This document shows, piece by piece, positions 35,085-44,330 of a DNA stretch of 64,000 bases. The translations under genes were made by a program, and so were the position numbers. Origin of the DNA: Dehalococcoidia bacterium. GTDB taxonomy: Bacteria; Chloroflexota; Dehalococcoidia; Lucifugimonadales; UBA3495. Under the pieces are notes generated by a model that made no database searches, was not told where the DNA came from, and worked only from the letters and a program-made list of their open reading frames with translations. Position 1 is the first letter of the stretch. Each line of letters begins with the position of its first letter. The stretch spans positions 403,684-467,683 of the forward strand of contig OZ247427.1 of assembly GCA_965232815.1 (NCBI GenBank), read 5' to 3'.

Positions 35085-35649
35085 AATAACAAAAACCACT
35101 GACATCCACCCGTTGCCCATGCGCACGCCCGTTCTCTACACTGTACTCCACGTCAGGCAACCGGCCCATGGCCACGGCCCATCGCCCGATCGGAAATTTC
35201 CACCACAAGGGGTCAACAAGAGGTTCAGGACTAAACGGTCAACCAACGTCGGACCATTTGCATCGCTGGCTCGAGCCTGAGGCTGTCTTCTTCCGCAGCA
35301 GGGCCTTGACCAGTACGGCGGGTGTCTCCACCGCTCCACGAGGGTCGCATGTTCCCTCTCCCACACATCCCGACTTTGTCCAGGGATGCGGGAGGGGGCA
35401 GCATGAGGGATTCATTCCCTCATCAACCAAGGCGGTCAGCACGTGGAACTCTAGGACTCAATATCGCACCACACGCTCTGCGACCGTAGCGCCGACACCC
35501 TGAACCTCCAAAACCCCAATCCAACCAACCACCGCTAGCGACAACAACAAAAAACCCCACCGCAACACCACCAGGAGCATCGCCACCGCCAACACATGTA
35601 GGACCGAAAATTCATTCGCCCAACCCATATCAAGGAGCAACCATTCAGC

Positions 35650-36414
35650 ATGGGCACACTCTCCCACCACCAAACCCGGGCCCGGGACTTCCTGCACCGG
35701 GCCGACCGGGCCATATCTACCCACGACCCTGCCGAGGCCGCCGCGTCATTGCGTCGCGCCGCCTCTCATGCCACCACGGCCCTCGCCGTCCATCAGGGCT
35801 GGAAGCACAAATCCCAACGCCAGTTGGAAATCGTCCTCCACGCCAACATCGCGGGCGAGACCCTCAGCCGCTCCCACCTCAAGACCTTCCGCCAGGCTCA
35901 CACCCTCTCCCACCAGATCCCAACCACACCCGCTTCCGGCGCGCCCGTCAAACCACGAGCGTCCCAACCCACCAAATCAAACCATCCTGTAAATCCTGTA
36001 AATCCCTGCCAAACCCACGTCCGCCGCATGCGCCGCCGCGTCGCCTCCCTAATCAACCACGCCATCCGCCTCATCGCCGGCGACCCCAAACCAGTGCGGC
36101 ATCACAAGCTATGGCTGCGCCAGCCCGACTTTCCCATCGCGCCCGATTTCACCTGCATCCAGGACATCCTCAGCCTGCCCAACTACCAGGAGATCAACCG
36201 CAAGTTCAGGCTACACTCCGCGCCGCTTGCCGCCCAGCCTGATCCCCACGGACACTACGCGCACGGTGAGGCGCCCCGGCGCTGCACGTGCCACGCCGAC
36301 CTGTGGGCCAAACCGCAGGACCCCCACCGCATCATCCTGTCGCCCCTGTGGCAGCGCGCCCTGGAAAAGACCTTCCGAATCAAGCTCCCCACCCCCCTCC
36401 AACTCGCCTGCTGA
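35650..36414 (+). CDS. Hypothetical protein; the N-terminus is possibly PaREP1/HEPN-like, and it carries an in-frame family-B repeat
   Basis: RBS 'aaggag' lies 9 nt upstream of the ATG. 'ARDFLHRADRAI...AAASLRRAASHATTALAVHQGWKHKSQRQL' looks helical and HEPN-like; that is a weak, from-memory call. The repeat at 35984..36010 encodes 'HPVNPVNPC'. Confidence 0.5.
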   Translation: MGTLSHHQTRARDFLHRADRAISTHDPAEAAASLRRAASHATTALAVHQGWKHKSQRQLEIVLHANIAGETLSRSHLKTFRQAHTLSHQIPTTPASGAPVKPRASQPTKSNHPVNPVNPCQTHVRRMRRRVASLINHAIRLIAGDPKPVRHHKLWLRQPDFPIAPDFTCIQDILSLPNYQEINRKFRLHSAPLAAQPDPHGHYAHGEAPRRCTCHADLWAKPQDPHRIILSPLWQRALEKTFRIKLPTPLQLAC

Positions 36415-36540
36415 AGTGCCCGATCACCGGAAATATGTTAAATTTTGGTGAATTGGCAGGACGGATTCCCGCAACTGTGTATAATCCGGCCATAGATTTC
36501 GTTGGTCCCCGGGCGCTCCCGAGGGCGAAAGGAGCATTGT

Positions 36541-38178
36541 ATGGTTACTTCCGCGCAGGAAACACCCGCCGCCGCACCGCAATCCGGCGGGAATGTCGAT
36601 GAGTTCGAGGTCATCGTGATCGGAGCCGGGGTTACTGGCTTATATTCCCTCCACCGCCTCCGTCAGCTTGGCTTCACCGCCATGTCCTTCGAAGAAGGCG
36701 ACGGCGTCGGCGGCACCTGGTACTGGAACCGCTACCCGGGCGCCCGTTTCGACTCCGAGAGCTACACCTACGGTTACTCATTCTCGCAGGAACTGCTCCA
36801 GGAATGGGAGTGGAAGGAGCACTACTCCGCCCAGCCCGAGAACGAGCGCTACCTCAACTACGTGGCCGACAAGTTCGACCTGCGCCCGTTCATCCGCTTC
36901 AACTCACGCGTCGCCTCGTTGGTGTACGACGTGGACGCCAACCGCTGGGTCGCCACCACCGATGACGGCTACCAGGCCCGCGCCCAGTTCGTTATCACCG
37001 CCATCGGCATCCTCTCCGCCCGCTACGTCCCCGACTTCGAGGGACTGGAGAGCTACGAGGGCATCTCCACCCACACCAACCGTTGGCCCAAGGAAGGCGT
37101 CGATATGGTCGGCAAGAAGGTCGGCATCATCGGCACCGGTGCCACCGCCGTCCAGATCATCCCCGAGATCGCCAAGGATGTCGGCCACCTCACCGTCTTC
37201 CAGCGCACCGCCAACTACTGCGTGCCTCTCCGGAACTCCCAGATTGACGACGAGACCCAGGCCTACATCAAGACCCACTACCCCGAGATCTTCGAGCAGT
37301 GCATGGCGACCCCGGGCTCCTTCATGCACATGTTCGATACCCGTTCCGCCCTCGCCGTCTCCGAAGAGGAGAAGCTGGAGCAATACGAACGCCTGTGGGC
37401 CGAGCCCGGCTTCAAGAAGTGGCTCTCCAACTTCTACGACGTCATGATGCCCGGCGAAGCCAACGAGGACTATGCCGAGTTCGTCCGCAACAAGATCCGC
37501 CAGCGCGTCCACGACCCCGAGGTCGCCGAGATGCTGGTGCCCAAGAACCATATGTTCGGTTCCAAGCGCCTCCCCTGCGAGTCCGGCTACTACGAGGTCT
37601 TCAACCAGGACAACGTCCGTCTCGTCGATGTGCGCAAGGACCCCATCGCGCGCATCACCCCTCGTGGCCTCCAACTCACCGGCGGCGAGGAGTTCGAATT
37701 CGACGTCCTCATCTACGCGACCGGCTACGACGCCGTCACCGGCCCCCTCAACCTGATTCACATCCAGGGCATCGGCGGCGAGGTCCTCAAGGAAAAATTC
37801 GCCAACGGCCCGCGCACCTATATGGGAATGTCCAGTCACAACTTCCCCAACCTTTTCACCGTCAACGCCGCCTCCGTCGGCAACTTCCCCCGCTCCGCCG
37901 AGCCACTGGTGGAATGGGTCACCGACGCCATCGCCCACGTCCGCGACAGCGGACACCAGCGCATCATGGCGACCCCGGAGGCGGAGGCCGAATGGGTGCG
38001 GCACATGAAGGAAGACGGCGAGGCCATCCTGCGCACCCAGGCCGACTCCTGGTTCGTCGGCGCCAACATCCCCGGCAAGGCCCGCGTCCTCCTCACCGCG
38101 CCCGACACCGCGCCGGTCATGCGGGCCAAGCGTGCCGACGTCGTCGCCAACGGCTACGAAGGCTTCACCCTCGACTAA
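36541..38178 (+). CDS. Baeyer-Villiger (flavin-containing) monooxygenase
   Basis: 'VIVIGAGVTGL' (FAD GxGxxG), 'GGTWYWNRYPGARFDSES', 'YEGISTHTNRWP' (BVMO fingerprint FxGxxxHxxxW) and 'VGIIGTGATAVQ' (NADP). RBS 'aaaggag'. Confidence 0.92.
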   Translation: MVTSAQETPAAAPQSGGNVDEFEVIVIGAGVTGLYSLHRLRQLGFTAMSFEEGDGVGGTWYWNRYPGARFDSESYTYGYSFSQELLQEWEWKEHYSAQPENERYLNYVADKFDLRPFIRFNSRVASLVYDVDANRWVATTDDGYQARAQFVITAIGILSARYVPDFEGLESYEGISTHTNRWPKEGVDMVGKKVGIIGTGATAVQIIPEIAKDVGHLTVFQRTANYCVPLRNSQIDDETQAYIKTHYPEIFEQCMATPGSFMHMFDTRSALAVSEEEKLEQYERLWAEPGFKKWLSNFYDVMMPGEANEDYAEFVRNKIRQRVHDPEVAEMLVPKNHMFGSKRLPCESGYYEVFNQDNVRLVDVRKDPIARITPRGLQLTGGEEFEFDVLIYATGYDAVTGPLNLIHIQGIGGEVLKEKFANGPRTYMGMSSHNFPNLFTVNAASVGNFPRSAEPLVEWVTDAIAHVRDSGHQRIMATPEAEAEWVRHMKEDGEAILRTQADSWFVGANIPGKARVLLTAPDTAPVMRAKRADVVANGYEGFTLD

Positions 38179-38198
38179 CACCCGGCAGTTAAAATACC

Positions 38199-38279
38199 CC
38201 CTCTCCCTTGGTGGGAGAGGGTCGTGGTGAAAGGCCCTCAGCCTTGCTCAACGTAGGGGCGAATAATCATTCGCCCCTA
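38199..38279. repeat. Family-D hairpin (CCCTCTCCC...GGGAGAGGG) plus a family-C hairpin downstream of the BVMO gene
   Basis: 'ccctctcccttggtgggagaggg' at 38199..38221 (a second copy lies at 52973..52997). 'taggggcgaataatcattcgccccta' at 38254..38279. Confidence 0.75.
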
Positions 38280-38376
38280 TCCATTAGTCCGCTCCAAACC
38301 CTTTGCATCTCTTTCCGCGCGCCCACCCTCCCCGCACCCGTCCATTCGCCGCACAACCGTGCTGCCCCGGTTCGCC

Positions 38377-38428
38377 CGTCATTCCCGCGAAAGTCCGAGA
38401 TGCGCCTTTACCGCGCGGGAATCCGGCA
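38377..38428. repeat. Family-A hairpin with about 20 nt inserted in the loop
   Basis: 'cgtcattcccgcgaaag-tccgagatgcgcctttacc-gcgcgggaatccggc'. Confidence 0.6.
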
Positions 38429-38503
38429 ACCCCATCTCCCCGGTATATCCGGGGTCATCCCCGTCGCGGGAACGGCGGAACGATTCGGAACCGTCGGCAC
38501 TCC

Positions 38504-38662
38504 TTAAACCACCCTGATAAACCCATGATCTTGGTCATACCAAAGATCCCCACGGGTGCCGCCAACCGCCAGAAATTCCCCCACCGTCATCCCGTCGCGG
38601 TATAGATTGAATCGCCGGTACGCGGCTCCCCACGGGCGTTTCGGATTGCCGTCAACCAGCAT
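38504..38662 (-). CDS. Small hypothetical protein (start uncertain)
   Basis: 'MLVDGNPKRPWGAAYRRFNLYRDGMTVGEFLAVGGTRGDLWYDQDHGFIRVV'. The upstream part of the track ORF runs through the family-B repeat at 38706..38732 and the MFS stop. No clear RBS. Confidence 0.3.
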   Translation of the reverse strand: MLVDGNPKRPWGAAYRRFNLYRDGMTVGEFLAVGGTRGDLWYDQDHGFIRVV

Positions 38663-38721
38663 CGTGATTACTTTGTCATTCGCCAACGGTGCTCGGCGCG
38701 TCAAAATCCTGTCCATCCTGT

Positions 38722-40014
38722 TCATCCCTGTAAAGCCGAAACCACCGGCCGCCGCGCCAACAGGTAGCAAACTCCCGACCCCAACTGCATCACCGCCGCC
38801 ACGATCAGCGCGATCCCGTACTGCCCTGTTTGGTCAAAAACCCATCCCGCCGCCACCGGCGCGATCAGCGAGCCCGCCCCGAAACTCACCGTCATGATCC
38901 CCACCAGCGACCCGAAACTGCGGCGCCCGAAATACTCGCCCACCGCCAGCCATCCCAGCGTCGCAATCCCCTCGGTGGCCGCAATCGACAATACGAACAT
39001 CGCCGCCGCCGGGTAGCCAGACCACAACAGGTAACCGATTGCCGCCACCGCTCCGACCGTCATCCCGCCAAATAGCAGCCACCGCGAAGGCACCACCATG
39101 GCGCCCAGTCCCATGGCAAACCTCAACGGTATGATCACCAAAAATGTGGCCGATAGAAAGTACGCTGCCTGTTCCTCCGGAATCCCCTTCCACACCAGCA
39201 TCGAAATCTGGTTGATGACCAGCGCATCCGCCGCCGCTATTCGGAGCGTCACCGCCGCCGTCATCAGCCAGAACGCCGGCGTTGCCACTGCCCGGCGCAG
39301 CGTGAAGTCCGACTCAGAGTACGTCGGCTCGATGCGCCGTCCCCGGCCCTGGCCGGCTCTCCGCCCGGCGGGGATCTCCCCATCGGGCAACAAGCCCATA
39401 TCCTCGGGACGGCTCCGTATCACCACCGTCGCCAGCGCCGTCAGCAACGCCACAAACCCGCCCGTCCAAAGGATCACGTTGCGCCACCCGAACTCGCCCT
39501 CGCAATACGCCATCAGCGGCACCATCATCGCCGCGCCGCCCGCAAACGCGGTGTTGAGCAGCGTCATGGTCAACGCTTTCCGCTTCACAAACCACTGGTT
39601 CACCACCGTCATCAGGTTGGGAGCCACGCCGATCCCCCGACCCAGCGCCGCCACCCCTGAATACAGCAACAGAAGCTGCCAGTATTCATTCACCCCGGCC
39701 ACTGCCCCGAATCCAACACAGCACAGCAGCCCTCCCGCCAGCACCAGCATCCGGCCTCCGTACCGGTCGGCCAGCCATCCCGCTCCCAGCGAAGCCACAT
39801 TGCCCACCGCCCACGCGGCCCCCACCACGAACGCAAACTGCGCCGAACTGATTCCCAGCGCCCCTCTGATGGGCGTCGCGAACACCAGGAACCCCGGTAT
39901 GAGCGCGCCGAAACCCAGGAACCCCAGGCCGCCCGCGGCGGCCAGCACCCACCAGCCGTAGAAGATGCCGCGCGCACCCCGTTGCGGTGCGTCTTGTATC
40001 GGTTGCTCGATCAT
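38722..40014 (-). CDS. MFS transporter (oxalate/formate-antiporter-like)
   Basis: 430 aa, 12 TM-like segments, 'GWLADRYGGRMLVL' motif A. Confidence 0.85.
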   Translation of the reverse strand: MIEQPIQDAPQRGARGIFYGWWVLAAAGGLGFLGFGALIPGFLVFATPIRGALGISSAQFAFVVGAAWAVGNVASLGAGWLADRYGGRMLVLAGGLLCCVGFGAVAGVNEYWQLLLLYSGVAALGRGIGVAPNLMTVVNQWFVKRKALTMTLLNTAFAGGAAMMVPLMAYCEGEFGWRNVILWTGGFVALLTALATVVIRSRPEDMGLLPDGEIPAGRRAGQGRGRRIEPTYSESDFTLRRAVATPAFWLMTAAVTLRIAAADALVINQISMLVWKGIPEEQAAYFLSATFLVIIPLRFAMGLGAMVVPSRWLLFGGMTVGAVAAIGYLLWSGYPAAAMFVLSIAATEGIATLGWLAVGEYFGRRSFGSLVGIMTVSFGAGSLIAPVAAGWVFDQTGQYGIALIVAAVMQLGSGVCYLLARRPVVSALQG

Positions 40015-40046
40015 CCGGTTTGCTCGATCATCCGGTTCCCGTCGCC

Positions 40047-41363
40047 CTACCCCTCATCATCGTTCGCATCGGCCGCCGGTCGCTTGACCAACGCGAACGA
40101 CCCCGCCGAAACCGACTGCAGTATTCCCACCACCAGCAGCACCGGCACGAAACTGCCCGTCCGGTCAAATGCCGCCCCGGCCAGCGCCGGCACGATCAAC
40201 CCGCTTACTCCATAAAAAACGGTCATCAATCCCACCAGCGTACCGAAACTGCGCCTCCCGAAGTATTCGCCCACGGTGATCCACGCCAGCGAACTCACCC
40301 CCTGCCCGGTGGCCGAGGAGATGATCAGGAACCACGCCGCCGCGTCTCCTCGCACTCCCAGCGCCGCCACCGTGCACAGCGTTACCACCGCCATCGCCAG
40401 GCTCAGCATCAACCTCGGCGACACCCATGTCGCGGCCAACCCCATCCCGAACCGCGCCGGTATGGTCGCGAAATATGTGATTGACAGATACGTGGACGTC
40501 CGCGTTTCGGCGACGCCTTTCCATATCAGGATGGGTATCTGGTTGATCACCAGCACATCCGACGGCACGGTGCGCAGGATTGCCCCCAGGGCCAGCGCAC
40601 AGAACGACAGCGTCGCCAGGGCCTGCCTGACCGAGTATTCCCGCCGCGCCGTTCCGGTCGATCCCGCCCGCCTCGCGGCTCCCCGGGATGCCTGTCGTGC
40701 CGGCCTGCCGGATCCGTACGGTTCCAGTCCAATATCCTCCGGCCGGCTCCGTATGATTGCCGCGGCCGGCAGTGTCAGCGCACACACCACTCCACCGGCT
40801 ATCAGCGCCACCGTGCGCCACCCGATTTCCCCGCTCGCATAGCTCAACGCCGGCAATATCGCCGCCGCACCGCCCGTCACGGCCGTATTGACTATCGCCA
40901 ACGCCAACGCTTTGCGGTCCTCAAACCACTGGTTGGCAACCGTCATCAGCGTCGGGAATATCCCCAGGCCCCGGCCCATCGATGCCGCCACGGTATACGA
41001 CAGCACTATGGCCCAGAACGAACCGGCGAACGCCAGTCCCGCGAACCCGATCCCGCACAGCAGCCCTCCCACCAACACCAGCCGCCGGGCCCCGTACCGG
41101 TCGGCCAGCCATCCGGCCACCAGCGATGTAATATCGCCGATCCCCCAGGCCGCTCCCACAATGAATGCGGACTGGCCGGAACTCAACTCCAGTTCCGTTC
41201 TGATTGGAACGGAAAACGCCAGGTAGCCCGGAATCACCACTCCGAACGCGCCGAACCCCAACACCGCCGACGCCGCCAACACCCACCAACCGTAAAAGAT
41301 ACCGCTCCGGCCATTTGGTGCCGGAGCGGAAGCGGTCTGGGAGTCATGCGGCGCTGCGCGCAC
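40047..41363 (-). CDS. MFS transporter, tandem paralog of 38722..40014
   Basis: 438 aa. It shares 'IFYGWWVLAA...', 'GWLADRYGARRLVL' and 'RSRPEDxGL' with the downstream gene. Confidence 0.85.
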   Translation of the reverse strand: MRAAPHDSQTASAPAPNGRSGIFYGWWVLAASAVLGFGAFGVVIPGYLAFSVPIRTELELSSGQSAFIVGAAWGIGDITSLVAGWLADRYGARRLVLVGGLLCGIGFAGLAFAGSFWAIVLSYTVAASMGRGLGIFPTLMTVANQWFEDRKALALAIVNTAVTGGAAAILPALSYASGEIGWRTVALIAGGVVCALTLPAAAIIRSRPEDIGLEPYGSGRPARQASRGAARRAGSTGTARREYSVRQALATLSFCALALGAILRTVPSDVLVINQIPILIWKGVAETRTSTYLSITYFATIPARFGMGLAATWVSPRLMLSLAMAVVTLCTVAALGVRGDAAAWFLIISSATGQGVSSLAWITVGEYFGRRSFGTLVGLMTVFYGVSGLIVPALAGAAFDRTGSFVPVLLVVGILQSVSAGSFALVKRPAADANDDEG

Positions 41364-41395
41364 GGTTTTATTCCAGCTTCTTTAGGATGGGTCCA

Positions 41396-41764
41396 CTAGT
41401 CCGCCAACGGAATCACCAGGTACACCCTTTCCTCGCCACCCACTACTCGGGTGGTATGGCCCGCGCCGGTCAGGTCCTCGGCCAGCAGCACATCGCCAGG
41501 TCCCACGCGATGCGTCGTGCCATCGCTCAACCCGATTTCCGCCTGCCCTGCCAGCGTAATGGTGTACTGACGCCGGGGCGCGCAGTGGAAATCCAGGAAA
41601 TAGTCGGGCGGGGAAATGCGAATGGTCAATCCCGATGTCGGTTGCATCGGCGTCCCTCGCCCGTACGCGCCCTCGGTGTCCAGGAAATCCTCGAACGGCG
41701 GATCATAGTGTTCCAGGCGCGACTGGCCATCGTCTCCGGTGTAAACGCGAACGAATTGCGGCAT
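41396..41764 (-). CDS. Cupin-domain protein
   Basis: 'FHCAPRRQYTITLAGQAEIGLSDGTTHRVGPGDVLLAED' has a cupin beta-barrel pattern. The ATG at 41764 is preceded by 'gaggaggg', and the track start is TTG. Confidence 0.75.
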   Translation of the reverse strand: MPQFVRVYTGDDGQSRLEHYDPPFEDFLDTEGAYGRGTPMQPTSGLTIRISPPDYFLDFHCAPRRQYTITLAGQAEIGLSDGTTHRVGPGDVLLAEDLTGAGHTTRVVGGEERVYLVIPLAD

Positions 41765-41818
41765 GCATTCCCTCCTCAACGGTGCGTTGTAGACTGGTCC
41801 TAACCCTTCAGCAAATTC

Positions 41819-42148
41819 TCATTCGTTTCTGGATTCGTCGCCGGCTGCGCGCCGCGTTACCCAGGAACTGCGCTCCGAGTTCCTCCCGCTGCCGGCCCGG
41901 CGAATATAGTCGACCCCCCGGTTGAACAGGGCGACTCCCAACAACCCGGCCGCCGCTCCCAGCGGGAACGCCAATAGCCCTCCCGCCACACACAAGACAA
42001 TGAGGATGTGGGGCTCCACAATAGTGCGGTCGTTCAGCTCGGCTATGCGCGCGAATCGAGCGGCAATGGCCCACGCCACATATCCGCCCGCTGCGGATCC
42101 GCAAATAGCCGCTCCAAAAATGTAAAACAACCTGGTCGGTGTGAACAT
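41819..42148 (-). CDS. Small hypothetical membrane protein
   Basis: 109 aa with 2-3 hydrophobic segments ('FYIFGAAICGSAAGGYVAWAIA', 'ILIVLCVAGGLLAFPLGAAAGLLGVAL'). No recognised motif. An overlapping alternative-frame ORF exists. Confidence 0.4.
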   Translation of the reverse strand: MFTPTRLFYIFGAAICGSAAGGYVAWAIAARFARIAELNDRTIVEPHILIVLCVAGGLLAFPLGAAAGLLGVALFNRGVDYIRRAGSGRNSERSSWVTRRAAGDESRNE

Positions 42149-42279
42149 GCGCAGAATTATATTACATCGGTGGCCCGCCTCGCCGCGTTTCGGCAGTCAA
42201 CCGACAATCGCGGGGGTACATTTCTGGTGAACCACTATCCCCAAAACGTCGCCGTTACGAATGTTTTCGTAGCCAACGC

Positions 42280-42308
42280 TTGACATCGCGCCGATACCGG
42301 CGTATTAA
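42280..42308 (+). promoter_or_regulatory. Sigma70-like promoter upstream of the first ABC module
   Basis: TTGACA-N17-TATTAA, about 80 nt upstream of the ATG at 42390. Confidence 0.5.
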
Positions 42309-42389
42309 TCTTGCCCCATCCGTTAACGAGTCGGTTACGCGGTGCGCATGCTGACGTGTCGGCTCGACGCAAAAGAGGAGTGCTCCTAT

Positions 42390-44201
42390 ATGAGAATAAA
42401 TCGGTTCTTGAACGCACGATTGCTGTTGGCCGTGGGCCTCGCAGCCGGGCTGATCGCAGCAATCGCTTGTGGCGGCCCTGCCGCCGAACCCGCCCCGGCC
42501 GCGCCCGCGAGTTCCGGGGATAGTGGTTCCAGCGCCGCTCCCACTGCCATGCCCGAAGCAACCGAATCCGCCGACGCCATGATGGCCGAGAAGGCCGGCG
42601 GCCACGTCACCGTCCTGGTCACCAACCTTGGCAACGGTAAGTTCGACCCCTTCCTCACCGAAGGCGAAGACCTCAAATTCCAGCGCATCTTCCAGGTCGC
42701 CCTCGTCGGCGGCAAGGGTGGCAGCGAGCTCACACCCGCGGTCGCCAAAGACTGGTCCGTCAGCGAGGATGGCAAGGTGTGGACCTTCACCGTCAACGAC
42801 GGGTTCATCAAAGCCCACGACGGCAGCACCATCACCCGCGACGACGTGTTCTTCAACCTGGACAGCCGCATGGGTGCAGAGTCCGATGCCCTCCTGGAAT
42901 CCACCTACTACGAGCCGCGCGACGTAGCGTTTGCCAAGCTCGTTGACAAGGTCGAAAAAGGAGCCGCCGCCGACCAGGTTCACGTTACTTTCAACACGGT
43001 CCGCCTGGACTTCGCGTTCAACTGGTCTGAAAACGCCCAGGGCGCAGACCCTATGATCGTTCCCGAGGCCGCCATGCGCGCCCGCGCCGGCGCCAACGGA
43101 TTCGAGGGCTACGAGGAAGACCCCATCGGTATCGGCGCCATGCGGGTTACCGATTCCATCCTCAAGCAGAAGTATTCCTTCGAGCGCTTTGAGGACTTCT
43201 TCTGGACTCCCGAAAATGGTTTTGACGAGGACCGCCGCGTCACCTTTGACACCCTGGACCTCGAAGTGGTTCCGGACGGTCAGGCCCGCGTCGCCGCCCT
43301 GCGCGACGGCCAGGCTCAGCTCATCGAAGCCGACATTGAACTCCAGGAGCAGATCGCCGGCATCGACGGCGCATCCATCGCCTGGCAGCGCGAGTCCTCC
43401 TACAACTGGGTAGTGTACGTGGACTGCTGGAACGAGTCCCTGTGGTGCTACCACAAGGAAGCCCGCCAGGCCGCCGAGCACGCTCTCAACAAGGACGATA
43501 TCGTCAACGGTCTGTACAACCCCGAAGCCATCAACGCCAACAGCTGGTCCCACGTTACCCCCAACTCTCTGGGCTGGGGAGAGAACCTGCGGCCGCGCGC
43601 CTACGACGTGGCCAAGGCTCACGAACTGCTCAAGTCCATCGGATTCGGTGGCGCCGACGGCAGTGACGGAACCGACGCCAACGGCGAGCAGATCTCGTTC
43701 ACCATCTACACCTGGGAAGCGGGCGACCTCCCCGGCCTGCCCGAACTGGCCCAGCTTTACCATGACTTCTGGGAACAGGGCCTCGGTTGGGACGTTGAGG
43801 TGGTGGTCGGCGACGCCGCCGCCACCCGCCAGGCGTGGAATAACCGGGAATATCCTGGAAACGTGCTGGTTCGTACCAACGAAGGGCGCTTCGATGGAAC
43901 CTCCATCACCCAGGGCGCGTTCCTCAACTCCGCCATCGCTTGGCGTGCAATTGACGACCCCACCCTCGAACCATGGGCCAGCACCACCACGCCGGTCGTC
44001 GAGAAGGGTCTCTCTGACCTCAATCCTGACACCCGTCAGCAGTCGTACAACGAAATGTACGCCTACCTGCACGACCAGGCCTACTGGGGCGACGGTTTCA
44101 ACACCAACGTCCCGTGGGGCCTCGGCGCCGATGTGGCGTCCTATGAACCGTGGAGCCTCGTGCCCTACGTCACCGCCATCTGGACGGTGAAACTGAAGTA
44201 G
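42390..44201 (+). CDS. ABC transporter substrate-binding lipoprotein, family 5 (Dpp/Opp-type)
   Basis: 'MRINRFLNARLLLAVGLAAGLIAAIACGG' (lipobox), an Ala/Pro linker and an SBP_bac_5-like body. RBS 'agaggag'. Confidence 0.9.
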   Translation: MRINRFLNARLLLAVGLAAGLIAAIACGGPAAEPAPAAPASSGDSGSSAAPTAMPEATESADAMMAEKAGGHVTVLVTNLGNGKFDPFLTEGEDLKFQRIFQVALVGGKGGSELTPAVAKDWSVSEDGKVWTFTVNDGFIKAHDGSTITRDDVFFNLDSRMGAESDALLESTYYEPRDVAFAKLVDKVEKGAAADQVHVTFNTVRLDFAFNWSENAQGADPMIVPEAAMRARAGANGFEGYEEDPIGIGAMRVTDSILKQKYSFERFEDFFWTPENGFDEDRRVTFDTLDLEVVPDGQARVAALRDGQAQLIEADIELQEQIAGIDGASIAWQRESSYNWVVYVDCWNESLWCYHKEARQAAEHALNKDDIVNGLYNPEAINANSWSHVTPNSLGWGENLRPRAYDVAKAHELLKSIGFGGADGSDGTDANGEQISFTIYTWEAGDLPGLPELAQLYHDFWEQGLGWDVEVVVGDAAATRQAWNNREYPGNVLVRTNEGRFDGTSITQGAFLNSAIAWRAIDDPTLEPWASTTTPVVEKGLSDLNPDTRQQSYNEMYAYLHDQAYWGDGFNTNVPWGLGADVASYEPWSLVPYVTAIWTVKLK

Positions 44202-44230
44202 GACCAGGTAGAACGCCGAACTGGCACAAT

Positions 44231-44270
44231 AGCCTCGGTGAGATAACGGTGCGCCGTACTCACCGAGGCT
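44231..44270 (+). terminator. Stem-loop after the SBP gene (possible attenuating terminator)
   Basis: 12-bp stem 'agcctcggtgag'/'ctcaccgaggct' with a 16-nt loop, followed by 'attt'. Confidence 0.45.
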
Positions 44271-44330
44271 ATTTGACAAGCGATACTGTATGCTCTGGCA
44301 TACCAACAACTTTCAGGAACGGACTGAATC

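Noticed and set aside
35270-35320. SRP-RNA-like 'GGAA' tetraloop region ('ctgctgcggaagaagacagcc' on the minus strand)
   Set aside because: The flanking bases do not pair into the conserved helix-8 structure, and the other conserved SRP RNA elements are absent.
35239-35442. 67-codon Cys-rich minus-strand ORF ('NPSCCPLPHPWTKSGCVGEGTC') as a possible RiPP precursor or small protein
   Set aside because: It has a GTG start with no RBS and no adjacent maturation genes. It overlaps two other equally long ORFs in other frames.
36455-36490. TTGGCA...TATAAT promoter upstream of the BVMO gene
   Set aside because: The spacer between the two hexamers is about 21 nt, too long for a canonical sigma70 promoter. 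It is therefore not listed as a feature.
42255-44309. 684-aa minus-strand ORF opposite the first SBP gene
   Set aside because: The sense-strand SBP has a lipobox, an RBS and the family-5 fold pattern. The antisense product is Gly/Val/Asp-rich shadow sequence.
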